A DNA stretch of 64,000 nucleotides from Podarcis melisellensis (Eukaryota), in the NCBI GenBank assembly GCA_964234715.1, contig OZ174280.1; one strand, given 5' to 3'. Positions 26,451 through 39,400 of this stretch are shown here, piece by piece (the first letter of the stretch is position 1; the number at the start of each line of letters is the position of its first letter). The notes beneath the pieces are model-generated. The model saw only the letters and a program-made list of their open reading frames with translations, searched no databases and was not told where the DNA came from. The translations under genes were made by a program, and so were the position numbers.

Positions 26451-27915
26451 CAGCAACGTAGCAGCAGCAGTAGTAGTATTGGTAGTAGTAGATGTTTTCC
26501 TGGTCTGGGTTACAAAACATTAAAAACAAACCTGACAATGCTGCTGCTGCTGTATAAAGAACAGTCAACTTATTAGTATTATATGTGAAAGCACCTTAAG
26601 AGTGGCAGAAGGAAGGCTTTTCTGGCTGGCGTTCCCTGCACTGCCCCCTGCCAGCCCCAGCGTAACAATAGGAAGGGCTCCCTACATCATTTTTATTACA
26701 TAGCAAAGCTCAGTGAGGTTCATTTTTTCTCTCCCTGACATATAGACTTAGGCTACAGTCTCAATTTATCCTTCTAAATAATGTAAGTGGCGGCAGTTGA
26801 TTCACATTAGTTTTCCTTCTGTTGCAATGATATGAAAACTGAATTTGACCTCCGTTCCTTGAAGTGGGAAGAGCGGAGACAGCAATTTTGGCTTCTGTTC
26901 ACAGTGCTGTTTTCTCTGGCAAATGGAAATGGGTTCAGACTCTGACAAGCAGACAGGTTAATGCTTTTTCTCTTGGTTCAGGTGTGTATGTGTTTCTGAG
27001 CAAATGCCCTCTTCTGCCATCTCTGGAATCTCAACTTCTGGAAGAACCAAGAAAGTCTTTGCTACACAGGAAGTATGGAGGTTCTGATCTAGCAATGTGA
27101 CATCAAGGCTACTTCTACATTCACCCTTTGCTTATTTTCCCCTTCACCATTGTCATCCTTACTTCCTCCACAAACTAGATGCAGCCCATTTTAAATGATT
27201 TCCAGAGGAAACAACTGGACAGGGTTCAGCACTCATCTATGATGGACGAGATAAGGAACAAGAATGCTATTCAAGCCGTATTTGTCCCTAATGTGGGTTG
27301 GGCTGATTTCAGGTTTAAATTGGATTTAACACAAGTTGTACCATTTTCTGATGCTGACTTATTAATTGTATTGATGGTTGTATTGAGGTCTTTATCATAA
27401 AGGAGTAGTCTTCAGAAGCAGAGATGCAAAGGACTTCTCAGGGTACAATCTTGTAATCCTTTTGGTTTGTAGGTTTCTAAGGTTCTGTTATTCGTACTTT
27501 ATGGGGAAGTGAAGGTTTAATTTTAGAGAATCGAATTGATAAATAAAGGAAAGAGAGTAGTGCACCAAGATGCAAATTGGTTGTGTGAAGATGGTATTTG
27601 TTGTGATATTTCAACGAATAAACCTGAATTCTTTTGAAAGTTTCTGTGCTTGGTAGAAATGGATGTATTCTGTAAGAAGTGAATTGAAAAGGTATCAGTA
27701 ACTGTTTGCCTGTGCAGCTATAAAAACTGGACACAGCAGGTGCTTTTTAGCAACACCAAGTGAAAGTGGTGTTTGGTGGACCCTCTGAGAAGTGCCATGC
27801 CACACATTTACCAGAAACCCTTTGTGTCCTAAGTTAGGGACACAGAGCAAAAATTTACATGTTTTGTAAATATATTATTGTAACCAATATTGTCTGTGTT
27901 CTATTTTCCACATAG

Positions 27916-28026
27916 GAGCTCTACAGATTGAGAACAGTGAAGAGTCAGACCAAGGCAAATATGAATGTGTCGCCACGAACAGTGCTGGGACCCGTTACTC
28001 TGCTCCAGCCAACCTTTATGTGCGAG
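27916..28026 (+). CDS. PTPRF: PTPRF exon, end of Ig2 ([37 protein letters not shown]), 111 nt
   Basis: ccacatag acceptor and G|gtaaag donor. My own translation (absent from the ORF track) matches LAR. Confidence 0.97.
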
Positions 28027-29358
28027 GTAAAGTTGGAGAAGGCAAACTTCCATCCCTTTCTACCTTCTCTTCCGTGTCTACACCTTCTCTAATGACACAT
28101 GAGACGTTGCAGTGAGAGGTTACCTTTATGATGTATTGTAAATGATGAAACCTAAATGCCCAACCAGTCACTGAGTTCAAGTCTTGGAAAGTCAATTCTT
28201 GCCACCATTTTTTTCTTTATTTCATTTTTTTTGCCAGAGATTCTTTAATGGTCAGACTGGTTAAACCACTGTCATAAAGGGGGCAGAAGTTCATGTTTAA
28301 TTATTTGTATATTTTGTTAAACAAAAGCATGTTGGGGGGCTTTGTGAAATTAGTGGGTCTCTCTTTTTCTCACTGCCACCCTTTTTGGGGAGGGTTTATT
28401 TATTTATTTTAATGAGATAAAGCTTTGAGCATTCATTTCATAAGCTTGACTTGTTCTCTTGCAGGTGAGTTGGTGCATCATGTTGACTCTGGAATAGCAT
28501 GTTAGTTTCCATAAGCTCTCTTGGTCAACACCTTGTCAGCAACGGGGATTATTGCAGAAGCTATTACAATAGCTTCCATTCCTGCTGAGAATCAGCTTCA
28601 GTTTGTTACATGAAGCCACTTTGCCAGGCTGTTTTCTTAACTTGTTATTATTCCCAGATCTCAAAGTCTTTTCACTCACTACGTTAAATTTGATACAGAA
28701 TTTTGTGTTTGGAGAGCAAAGAGTTTGGTACTTTATTAAAAGCTGATGAGTTTTCTGTTCTGTTTTACATGGGGACAATGTGTGTTCTCCTTGGCCAGAC
28801 CTTGTATTAGCCAGGGATATTAATGTAAGACACCCCTTGGAGGTGTGTTTTGGTACTTACATAACAGTGGGAAAGAAGAAGAGTGTCAGTTTGGTGCCTT
28901 TGACTGGTTGGCAGTTAAACTCATATATTATTCCTTCTTAGGTCCTGGATCTCAATAACTACCCATTTAGAAATACTGTTTCCATCTTCATTCCTTCCTC
29001 TGTCTTTTCTCTTTTCTCTCTTTCTCTGTCTCTCCACTTGACCGTTGCTTCCTAATACTCATGCACACGCCTTTTATTTGTGGGGTGGAGGGGAGCTGCC
29101 TTAACCAAGCTAAGGAAGAGTTATTCCCAGGAGAAGCCAAAATGACTTACTGTGTGATTGCTTCTAGGTCTCTCGGTTACTCTCATTGTGTTCAGCACTC
29201 ATTTTCTACAGGTGCCGTTTCATCTTGCAGAACAATTTCAACATACAAATCTGTACGATGCTGAAGTTTCAGATAGTCTCAGAACTCTTTATCTGTGCAG
29301 CAGAAATGCCCATTTCTCAAGCATAATGTGCTTATTATTGACCTTATATACCCTGTAC

Positions 29359-29360
<2 letters not shown>

Positions 29361-29395
<35 letters not shown>
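29361..29395. repeat. (TG)n microsatellite
   Basis: Read directly from the sequence. Confidence 0.95.
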
Positions 29396-29397
<2 letters not shown>

Positions 29398-31814
29398 TCA
29401 GCTCTAGTAAAAATAATGTTATATCCAGAGTAAAGGGAGGGTGTTTGTTTGAACATATTTCATGTTTACATTGTTGTGTAAATTTTTGGACATTCTTAAT
29501 CACTTTCGCTTTTCCCCCCCAAGTATCTTTCTCTGTGTCAAGCCTTTCCGAAAAAGCTTGGGAAGGCTAATGTTTCACCTGAATACACAGCTTGCCAAGG
29601 CAAAGAAACCTCACCTTTAAACCTGGCTGATTCCCTGTTTGTTGAGACTTTCTTTATTTAGCTAGAGAACTCCCCTTAGATTCTAAGGAGTGCAGTAAAC
29701 TGTGACCCCAGGTTTGATGCGAAGAGCAGGTTGTTCAGCTAGCTGGCTGGCTCTCTCTGGAGATAAGGTGACACAAGCCAAGCTTCTAGTAAGGTTCTGT
29801 TTCTAGCCCTGTGTGTGAGGCTCATTTTCTATTAACTGTTGTATTTCTCAGGCATAAATTTCGAAACAAGCCTCTTTTTATTGCGTATAATCTTTACAAG
29901 GTTGGACTCCAAGCTGCAGGATTGAGATAAAGCCCCATAGTATATAAAAGACAGGTTACTACATAAATTGTCCCCTGTGGAGGTTTGCCATATGCACTGT
30001 TTCTCGGACTATATTTGTGCAGGCGGCTTCATTTTATAGAACAAAATAGACACCCTAACCAGCCCAGTGAAAGGCTTTCACCATTCCTTTGGCTCCCAAT
30101 CCATTGCTAAAGCAGGAGGCTACTTCCCTTGTTTGAGAAAACAGACCAGGATGTATGCACAAATAATATCCACATGTTATATTACTGAAACCATACAAGT
30201 TTCATGTCACTAGAGGCAAGGAATACTGTAGCCACGATGACCCCTTCTTGCTTGCAAAGTGTCCTAAGGTAGGGTTGGTTTGCATCAGGGGATGGAGTAT
30301 TCAGTTTTCCCACTGCTGTTCCTGTGTGGGTGTGTATATGCGCGTGCACATACACACACACACACAGCTGCTTTTATCCCAAACAAGGTTCTGGATTCCT
30401 GGTAACTTTGAAATCACAGGTCTGGACCCTCACAAACGAAAAGATGAGGGTTGCAGTTTCAAGGGAAAGTGGCTGGTAAAGGAAGGTTAAGAATCACTTT
30501 TACTCCTTCCCCTTTACTCCTCCTCCTCCCTCCTTGCACTGCATCCCCTTGCAACAGCACTTTGCAAGGGAGGAGGAGGAACCATTCAGGGGTTTGTTAC
30601 CCATAGCTGCAACATAACATGTAGCTTGTCCCTTACCCTTGTTCAGATGTGCATCCAAAGAGTTAGAAGCATCCTACAGTGTGTGGTCTCTGTGTAGCTC
30701 TGAGAAGAGTAAATGGCAAGCCACAGTAATCTGTGTAGCTGGCGCCACCAATGCCATATAGTTTTCTGTGTGTATAATATAACCTGCATGTATAATAACC
30801 GAGCACTTTTCCTTAGTGCTCATATCATTTTCATAACTCCTCTCAATAATCCTTACACTCTGTAAAATAGACCACTACCAGTATCCACATACTGCAAATT
30901 AGGGAGTGAAACTGAGAGAGACCTGCTTATTGGGAGCAAATCATAACTGAGCTCTTTGAACTGGGTACTTCCTCTCTCTTAGACCACACCTTTAACCACT
31001 TCCCTACATCAACTAATCTTGTGTACATGGGGGTAAACAGTCAGTGGGAAAAGGAGATAATTCTTTCCATTAATAAAATATAGCATGCATGTGAGCTGAG
31101 GGATGGTCTGAGTAGCTGTACATAGGCTGAATGTGGTTTGTGGATCTCAGATGGTTGGATTAGCTCTTGCGCATCCTACCAAAATCTTTTTTTCTCTCTC
31201 CTAGCAACCTTATAAGTTGAAATGGTTGTCACTTGGCCTCTTCTGCATTTTCCGTCAGTTTTTCCCAACCAGCTTCAGTGGATACAAACTCCAGGGTAGA
31301 TAATTTGGTTTAGTTATATTCCTCCTGCACATAAAAAAGTTTGCTCTCTGAGCCACATCACTTAAGAGTTCTTGAGTGCTGTAAAACCAAAATAAATTGA
31401 GCATCAGCTAAGAGTTTACATCTCTGTGTCATCCAGATTAGGTCAGCCCTGTTAGTAATGCCATTTTGAAGGAATTTTTTTTTATGAACAATAAAATTGC
31501 TAATTGAATCAACTATTAAAGTAAAATGTTGACCCACAAAACCAGAGATTGGTTAGGCTGCAATCCTGTACCCACTTATTTACATGGGAGAAAGACCCAC
31601 TGAATTCAGTGGGAGTTGCTTCTGAGTAAATAGATGGAACTGTTACTACCCATCTGTACGAAAAGCTGATCACATTGTGACTTTTTAAAAAATGTTAAAC
31701 TTCATAAGCCTTATACAGAAAGGTGCTATGATTAAAAAAAACACCAACTTTATACTGCGATAAGGCATGTCTTGCCCTTTTTCTATGCACAACTAGCTGG
31801 TAGGAGTTAGCATG

Positions 31815-31864
31815 TAAAGATTTTAAATAGGAGTTCTTAAAGATTTTAAATAGGAGTTCTTAAA
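31815..31864. repeat. Perfect 23-bp tandem duplication (taaagattttaaataggagttct x2)
   Basis: Read directly from the sequence. Confidence 0.9.
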
Positions 31865-34800
31865 AATAAATATTAAGCAAGCATACCTGTTTCTTTGTCA
31901 CAGACTTCTCCAGTATGATGAAATGCATTGTATTGTTAGTTAAATTATAACAGCTATTTCTAAATGGGCATCTATACGTACAAATTGGCATATACAATTT
32001 TTAGGCAAACCAGTGCCCTCTTTTGTCCTCTTTTGGGGTGATGGATTTTCTTGTTTGGGTGGGGGTTATTGTACAAGTAGTCACCCTGTTACCACTTTGG
32101 CTCTTCTGCAGAGGATAGGAGAATGTGCTATAAGGTTTATACATAAATTATCAAAGTGATCGGGGTACTGGGAGCTTCTCTGACCTTATCAAAGTAATCA
32201 GGGTTAGTAGGAGTTTCTCAACCTCTTCATTTACTTTCTGTTTCTCTGTGGAATACTGGGAACAGCATTGTGCTTCTGATTGCTTGTCCAATATCACATT
32301 TGTTATTTTGATGCTGTTGCCCCTCATCAAGTGAGACTAGCAGTTGCTGTCAGACTACTGACAGATGGGGCCCATGAAACATGGAACACTTAAGGCCTTT
32401 CTTGGCTCCTGTAGGTGATAGCAGAACTTGAGGTTGTGGTGTCAGGTATATTTTGCATATATTGCTCTTTCCATGGAAGATGTAAACTACTGCACTTCTT
32501 ACTGTCATGCTTTTAAGTCCCAGTGTTCTGAAAAGAGCAGAAGGACTTGCTTCCTGCAGTGCCAGAGATAAGGGATGAAGAGAAGGGCTCTGGGGAGAAA
32601 GTGAGCATTCCAATTCACTAGGTGTTGGCATATTTACTGATAAAGCAGGCACAATTTCAACATGAGATGAGGTGTAGCTGCTTCCATCCAGGGTCTTTCC
32701 AGAGCAGACTCAGCTGCAGATGTTCATTTCCTATAATCCATTAGTATAAGAAGTGATTAAGAGATAATCCAGCAATTAGTAACAAATTACAGGCCCCAAG
32801 ATCATTCTTGACTGACGGGCTAGAAAGTTATCTGTTTGTATTAGTGTGCTTCATACGTGAACCTTGCTTACTGTAATCTAAAGTACAAACACATGTGGGC
32901 AAACCATTACAGCTTGCCTGGCCTGGGCTTTGTACTGATGAGTTGTATAGCATTGCTGTGCACCTCAGATAGCACAGTCTTCTTTTCATATTGCCTACCT
33001 CAGTGTTAGTTCCTTTTTTGTGGAATGCTGGTAATTTTGCAAAGTAGTTGCCTCTATGCAACTACTTTTCACTGGAGTAGTAAAACTATATCTGGGCTGA
33101 TACATTTCAGACCGCTAGTGGGGTTCACATGATTCAGTGCTCTCTTTCCTATAAAAATATCACTTCCACCTAGAAAACTAAATGTCAAAGGGAAAGATTC
33201 TAGCCTAGCCTTCTCTCAGAGAATACTAATTTATTAACGTATAGGAATTATTATTAATATTTTGGCTCCATATTGGCGAATATGTAATCCTCCTATCTGT
33301 ACTCTGAAGCGGTACAGCCCCAGACACAGGTCTGCTCACCTCATTGAGAAATGTAGGTATGCACTGGGGAACTGAGCCAAAATTCAAACCCACCCAAATT
33401 GCTGAACTCCCAAAGATTTGAACCTTTTTTAATAGGAAGGTTATATAGCTGGGATTCTAATCTCTTCATACAGCAGATTAGGTTCAAATAATAGAATCTT
33501 ACAAACAATCATTTGACTACATATCCAAAGGCGGAACCTTTGGCATCTTCCCATCATCCCCTGAAACAACTGTGGAACTACAAATGTGGTGCAATCCTCC
33601 TGTCACACTCAGAAAAGACAAAGTACTTTTTCCATTCACTCCTGGGTGGTGACAAAGGAGTAAGCAGAACCAAAACTATATTTCGACTTTCTGTACTTAA
33701 CGGCTACTGCAACACACTTCATTCTGGTCCTTGAGCAAAGAGAAATATGCACTGTGGAGTATATCTTAGCTTCCATGGTACTTCTTGGTGCAGTCTGTTT
33801 AAGGAGCAGGTAGGTGGCTGCACATCATGAAAACTAGCTGAAATCCCATCCTCTCTCATCCTTGCAAATGAATTACTGATGGAACCAACCATACAGTGTA
33901 TATCTTTCCCATTAAGGGTTTTAATTGAGAGTGTGTTCTGCCGACAGGCAGTGTTCTCCCCCCCACACCCGCCGTGCCGTTTCCCACCCTTAAAATGTGA
34001 CTCATAAGCAGTTTCTAACCACCAGAACAGTCTCTGCATTCTCTCAGCAAGGGTTCAATTTCAGACGATTCACCACAGATATTAGCTGCTATAAGGTCAT
34101 TCCTGCAAAGGAAACAAGGTCTTCCATGCCCTTCAGGGAAACACAACTAACCTCTTACTATCTCTCCTGCAGGAACAAAAACAGGAATGCACTGGATTGC
34201 CCTGCTGATTTGGGGTGATCGTTGCTTTGACTTCTTGCCCTCCTTTCTTTCCCAGTTCAGTGCATCAGGGGTCCTGACACAGCAACTGGTTCATACTGCA
34301 CTAATGTTTCTCTGCTGCTTTTAGCTCTGTTTGGAAAGAGGCTCTTCATGCTTAAAGAATTCCCATTGTTCACCAGGACTGCTTCCTCTGTGTTGAGGAG
34401 TGATGGGGCGTGTGTGCAGATACTGAGCTGTGTGAGAGAGGCAGGTGGGGGTTAAAGTGCCTCCGCTACTGTCTGTACAGTTGGAATGGAGCTTGGCACT
34501 TGACTGAAAATCCTGTGGTGTCTGAAATGTGGTGGGTATGTCCATGAGTGTGTGCACACTTGTTCTTGCCTGTACTTGACCAGAAGTGGAGGCAGCCTAT
34601 CCAAATAAACTTGGCTCTTGGTGTTCCCGGGACATGTGCTCCTATATACTGATGGTCTGCTTGTGTGCATCTGGATGAGGAAGAGAAGCTGAATCCAGTG
34701 TTCTGTGGCAGGAATGTTTGTGTGTGTGTGCGTGCGCAGTTGCACAGTGGGTAGTCCTGGCCGGTCTCTACCATCATGTCTTGTTGTTTCAGTGCTGTGC

Positions 34801-34914
34801 AGACACATGCAGCTTGGCCTGTTTTTACTCTCTGTGTTTTTCCTTGTCTTTTTTTATTCCCTTCTCATCTTCATCGCACAATGTCATCAAACAAAACAAA
34901 CTTTCATCTCTCAG

Positions 34915-34926
34915 ATCCGCGAGAAG
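34915..34926 (+). CDS. PTPRF: 12-nt microexon meB, adds DPRE to the Ig2-Ig3 linker
   Basis: ttcatctctcag|ATCCGCGAGAAG|gttggt, phase 1-1. It resembles meB as recalled (ELRE in PTPRD/PTPRS, DQRE in mammalian LAR). About 100 nt of AG-free pyrimidine-rich sequence lies upstream. Confidence 0.93.
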
Positions 34927-35117
34927 GTTGGTCCTTTTCACTTCTTATCCATCTACAGTATGCCACCTCTGATGAGACTTTTCCAGTAGGGGATGGAGAG
35001 CCAGCCCTGCAAGGGGAGGGTCTGATGGCCCCTGGCTCTCTGCCAGGCACTGCCATAGCAGGCCTGAATCTGCTTCCTAATTGCTATGTCCTTGCTGACA
35101 GCATTGACCACACTGCT

Positions 35118-35218
35118 TGCATGCCTTTTGTCGCTTGATGTTTAAAATGCACAGACCCTTATCTGCATGCAGTCCATCCCAAAGATTTCCGTGTTTTGAG
35201 ATGAGAATGGGGTGCATG
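35118..35218 (+). promoter_or_regulatory. Cluster of three TGCATG (RBFOX) splicing motifs downstream of meB
   Basis: TGCATG at 35118, 35164 and 35213, about 190-290 nt after the meB donor. Confidence 0.6.
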
Positions 35219-36168
35219 TACATAGAGAGTAGGCAGCAGAGTGGGTTTTGCCTTAATCTGTTACTTTGTTAGACTCCTGTGTGACCTTTCCTTTTTGTTG
35301 AGGAACGCAAAGTACTGATTTGAAGTTTCGGTCAGGGTGGACACCCCTTGCTCACAGTGTAAGCTGCTTGGTATAGAGTAGGAAGAGGAAGGAGCAACTG
35401 ATAGAGGCACCATAGCTGCCTTTTTAACACATTGAATTCATTCCACATCACACTTGAGTTTGAGATGCTGTGTTCATGATACATACAAAGCACCACTGAT
35501 GTAATTGAAAAAGCAGAGTTTTTTCATGCTGGATCATTTTTGTTTATAAGATTGATACCTGTATACCTGAAACCCAGGGACTTCATTCTTCCCTGGACAA
35601 AGACTCACTCAGCAAGGGCAACAACTGTACTAGAGAAAGGAAGGTGTGCCGTTATCTTACCTGCCTTTCTCTTATTGACAGTGCTGTGTTGCACCAAGAT
35701 ATTAGACAAAAGGTGATTGGTAGACATCAAAATTAGCAGGTGGCTTAAGCTACTCCAATATTTCCATTGAAGTTCAACTTCTGTTCTAAGTCAGGTATTT
35801 TCAAAATGGTGCTGAGTATTGAAATTAAGGGAGGATGTTGCCTGGACTTAGCAGTGCCATAACCTGAAGCAATTCCTATTGATATATCAACAGCTTTCTC
35901 TGACCCAAGGTAGTATTCCTTTGATGAAAGAAACAGAATCCATAACTTTATAGGCCCTAAAATGACCAATTAATAGAGAATGGTGGATATTGAGAGTTGG
36001 GAAATGTCTATGCATTAGTTCTGAAGGGGGATAATGTTCATCCTTCAGTCCACATGCTCTGCTATTGCATCCCTTATGTTCCCACACTTTTTCCTGTGTA
36101 CCTGTAATGATCATAGGACAGTGACTACCCTATTCTGCATGCCAGGACTTATGGTTGGAGTCTGTACT

Positions 36169-36170
<2 letters not shown>

Positions 36171-36218
<48 letters not shown>

Positions 36219-36410
36219 TTTTATTTATACCCCACCCTCCCCAGCCAAGGCTGGGCTCAGGGAGGCTAACAAGCAATAATAAAAACAAGTTGAATGAATA
36301 CAACTTAAAAACAAAATTAAAATACAACATTAAAATATTAAATATTAAAATGTAGCCTCATTGCAGGAGGAGAAAGGAAAAGAAAAAAGAAAGAGGGGGA
36401 GGGAATCAAA
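36171..36410 (-). mobile_element. L2-type 3' end with (AAT)n tail (36171-36218)
   Basis: (AAT)n followed by tttatttataccccaccctccccagccaaggctgggctcagggaggctaac, a reverse-oriented LINE tail stem-loop. Confidence 0.65.
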
Positions 36411-39400
36411 AAGCACCTACTTTTCCAAGTTACTCTTCTGTTGTTTGTGCTTCTTGTTTAGCACAATAGCACTAAAATACATGAAGCCTGAGACACTGCT
36501 ATTTGGACATTCCCTTAAACCAAGACTCCTCAATCTGCTACACAGCCATACGAAGTGAACTTCATTAGAATTAGAATTAGAACTTGTTTAATGAGCTGCC
36601 ATTGCAGTTGTCCCAGAGCTGTTGCTTTTGTTTTCATTTTAGTTCTCTGAATATGCTCCCCTTAACAAGGGGAGAAAGTTTTATTGTTTTCAGACATAAA
36701 CCAAAGCTTGTTTAGGGCAACATTGCATGTGATCCTGGCAGGAATTGTAGCTGAGAGATAGTGAAACAATCTGAAGCTGCACAGATTCTGTTTGCCTGGC
36801 ACTTTCATGTCTAAGGTCAAGTAACCTGAAAAAATTAAATCCCTTCTTCCAGTGGAACCACCAGCATATATCAATAGCAAAAGTAGCCTTGATTGACAGA
36901 TATACGCTTAGGGCTGTTTCATGCATTATGCTTACACCTTCACATATTAAAATCATAAGTGTGACTTCCATTTTCTCCAGTGCACAAATGGGTGTGTTTT
37001 ATTTTTATTATTAGTTACACTTTGCAAACCATATATAAACATCATTAATGTTATTCACAAGTGTTATGTACACACTTCTCTATAATTCAGCATATCTCAA
37101 TTTATATGCTTAGAATTCATTTTAAATCCAACTTTTTGTTCCAGTTTCATTAACATATATCATATTCTGCATCTATAAATAAAATTTCTAATTCCTTTAG
37201 GTTTCCATTCCATCCAGTTAAGCTTCCATAAAGCTATTTAAAAATCTATCAGAATACTTCATCTAACAAACAGCTTTTCAGTTGTCTTTCTTTCTTTCTT
37301 GTTTCAAAGCCACAACCACTAGCCTGTGGAAAACAGGCATTATTTTCACACTATATTCCCAGATGTACATGTTTCCCAACACCCTTGTGAGAAAAAGGCA
37401 TATATGGAACAGCCCTTGACCAGGATGTTGCTTGGTCCCAGCCCACGAGAAATGTCCCAAAGCTCAAACATTTAACGGGGAGAGATATGTTAGATGCTAA
37501 ATATTCCAGTGGGATGTTCCAAGCCTTATAATTTGTTTGGCACTGATAATTATATCTTAGTTTTTGTCCCCCCCCCCCCAGCTTTACTTACAACTGTGTA
37601 CTGTTCACCCATGCATTTAATTATTGCTCTACGATTGCTACCAGGTTATTTATTAAGGAGTTGTTTTATCTTGATATAGCAGCTCTTCTCTCTCCCCCCT
37701 TAATGCTGTGTTATTTTCAAAAGTGAATGAATGCAAATTCCAGAGCTGCAGAGTCTGCCTCTCCCTTGCTTTGCTATTAGCGTGTCACCAGGCCGAACCG
37801 TGATAGGTCTTTGGCATTGCTCTGCTGTAATGATAGATCCTCTTTTATATGGGGTTGTCAGCGCAAATAATTAGCTCTAAAAGTTATAGCTGAAATATAA
37901 TCCCAAAATGGCTAGGCCCTGTTTTGGAAATTGTCTATAAAATGTCAGCACTCAGGGATGTATTGGGAACATAAATAGTGAGGCATTGTTTGAGCAGGAG
38001 TTTAGACTCTAAATGCATCTTTTTTCCCCTTCCAGTCTTCTCCCTCCTGCTGGTGATTCTGTCAATAGATTGTGAGGCCCTAGGAACTACCTTTCCATCA
38101 GGAGATATTGTTTAAAACAGTAATGACAAGTATGAGAAGGGGTGGAGGGGTTATTCAGATCTGATAATTTTTCCAGTTTGCCCACCTTCCAGAAGCAGTT
38201 GTGATAAAGCAGAGTAAGATAGAGCCATGGACACTGGACAATACAGGAGGAAGGATTGTTCAGTTTCCCAACAGCATTGCTTTTACCCCAGCGTTCCCAC
38301 AAAGCCAGAAACAAAACCATACATGTAAGCTGACCCAGGTAGCAAACTTGTGCAGGTGTCAGGAAAATGAGATTTATATTATGGAAGAATTGAGAGAGGA
38401 GGCAGTTGTCTTTGGCATGAACAGCTTATTAAAGCAGTTTCGCTACCTGAAGGAGGGGATCAATTTGCATAGTCTCCAGCTCAAAATTAAGATATCTTGA
38501 ATAAAATGTTTTGCGAAAGACAAAATTATATTGCAATGATGGTTACTACCTTGCCTTTGTTTCTGGATGGTTCTGGCATTTTGTCACAAATAAGAGTGCT
38601 AAAAGCTAAATCAAGACTCACAATGTTGAACTTTAATTAATACTCTAGAATCTGGAAACAACTTTTGACAAAGATTAAAATCCCTAAGCACGTCATGGTC
38701 CGATGCAATACTTGCAGAAGATGAAGTGGGGTTTGTGTATGAGATTTTAAAGTCAGACTATGAAAAGAGTTGAAGCTTTGTGAGTGACAAAAGCAAATTG
38801 CTTATTAAGGAATTTTTAAAAATAACACACCATTGATCCTACTGTCCAAGAGTGCTAACAACAACAACAACAACAGGAATTCATCTTTTACTGTAAATTA
38901 ATTTTGGCTGGCTGGTGCCTTTCACTTTTAGTGTGACTCTAGCACTCCTTCTGTTATTATTTTCCAGTGGCCTTCTCTTAGCTCTGCTGTAGTAATCAAT
39001 TAATAGTTGTTAAAACTGCCCAGCTTTTAGCAATTGCTTAGTGCCTGGAGTTTCCCATGATGGAAGTAGAAAAGTGATGGGAGGAGGACTTTTAGTGAGA
39101 TGACCTCAGTGTTTTTATGAAAGCCGAGAAGCAGCTGCTCTAATCTGAGCTAAGCAGGTTGATTGATCCATGCACATTTATTCTGGATGCAAGGAAGGTG
39201 CACGCTAATGCATGCTAAATTATTAACACTTCTCCACCTCCCTTTGTGGTATTGCCTGCATCTCCCCTCCCTACCTTCCAGAATGTGGAGCTGGTCTCTA
39301 CTGGTGTGTTCTTATCACCTCCACTGCTGTGAGATGGCTCAGAATATGTCACTTACTTTCCACCTTGACTGCCAAATGATTGCCCTGCATGCTCCATTCC

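Noticed and set aside
32148-32224. Diverged tandem duplication of about 38 bp (ttatcaaagt.atc.ggg...)
   Set aside because: Two degenerate copies with no other structure, consistent with an ordinary old slippage duplication.
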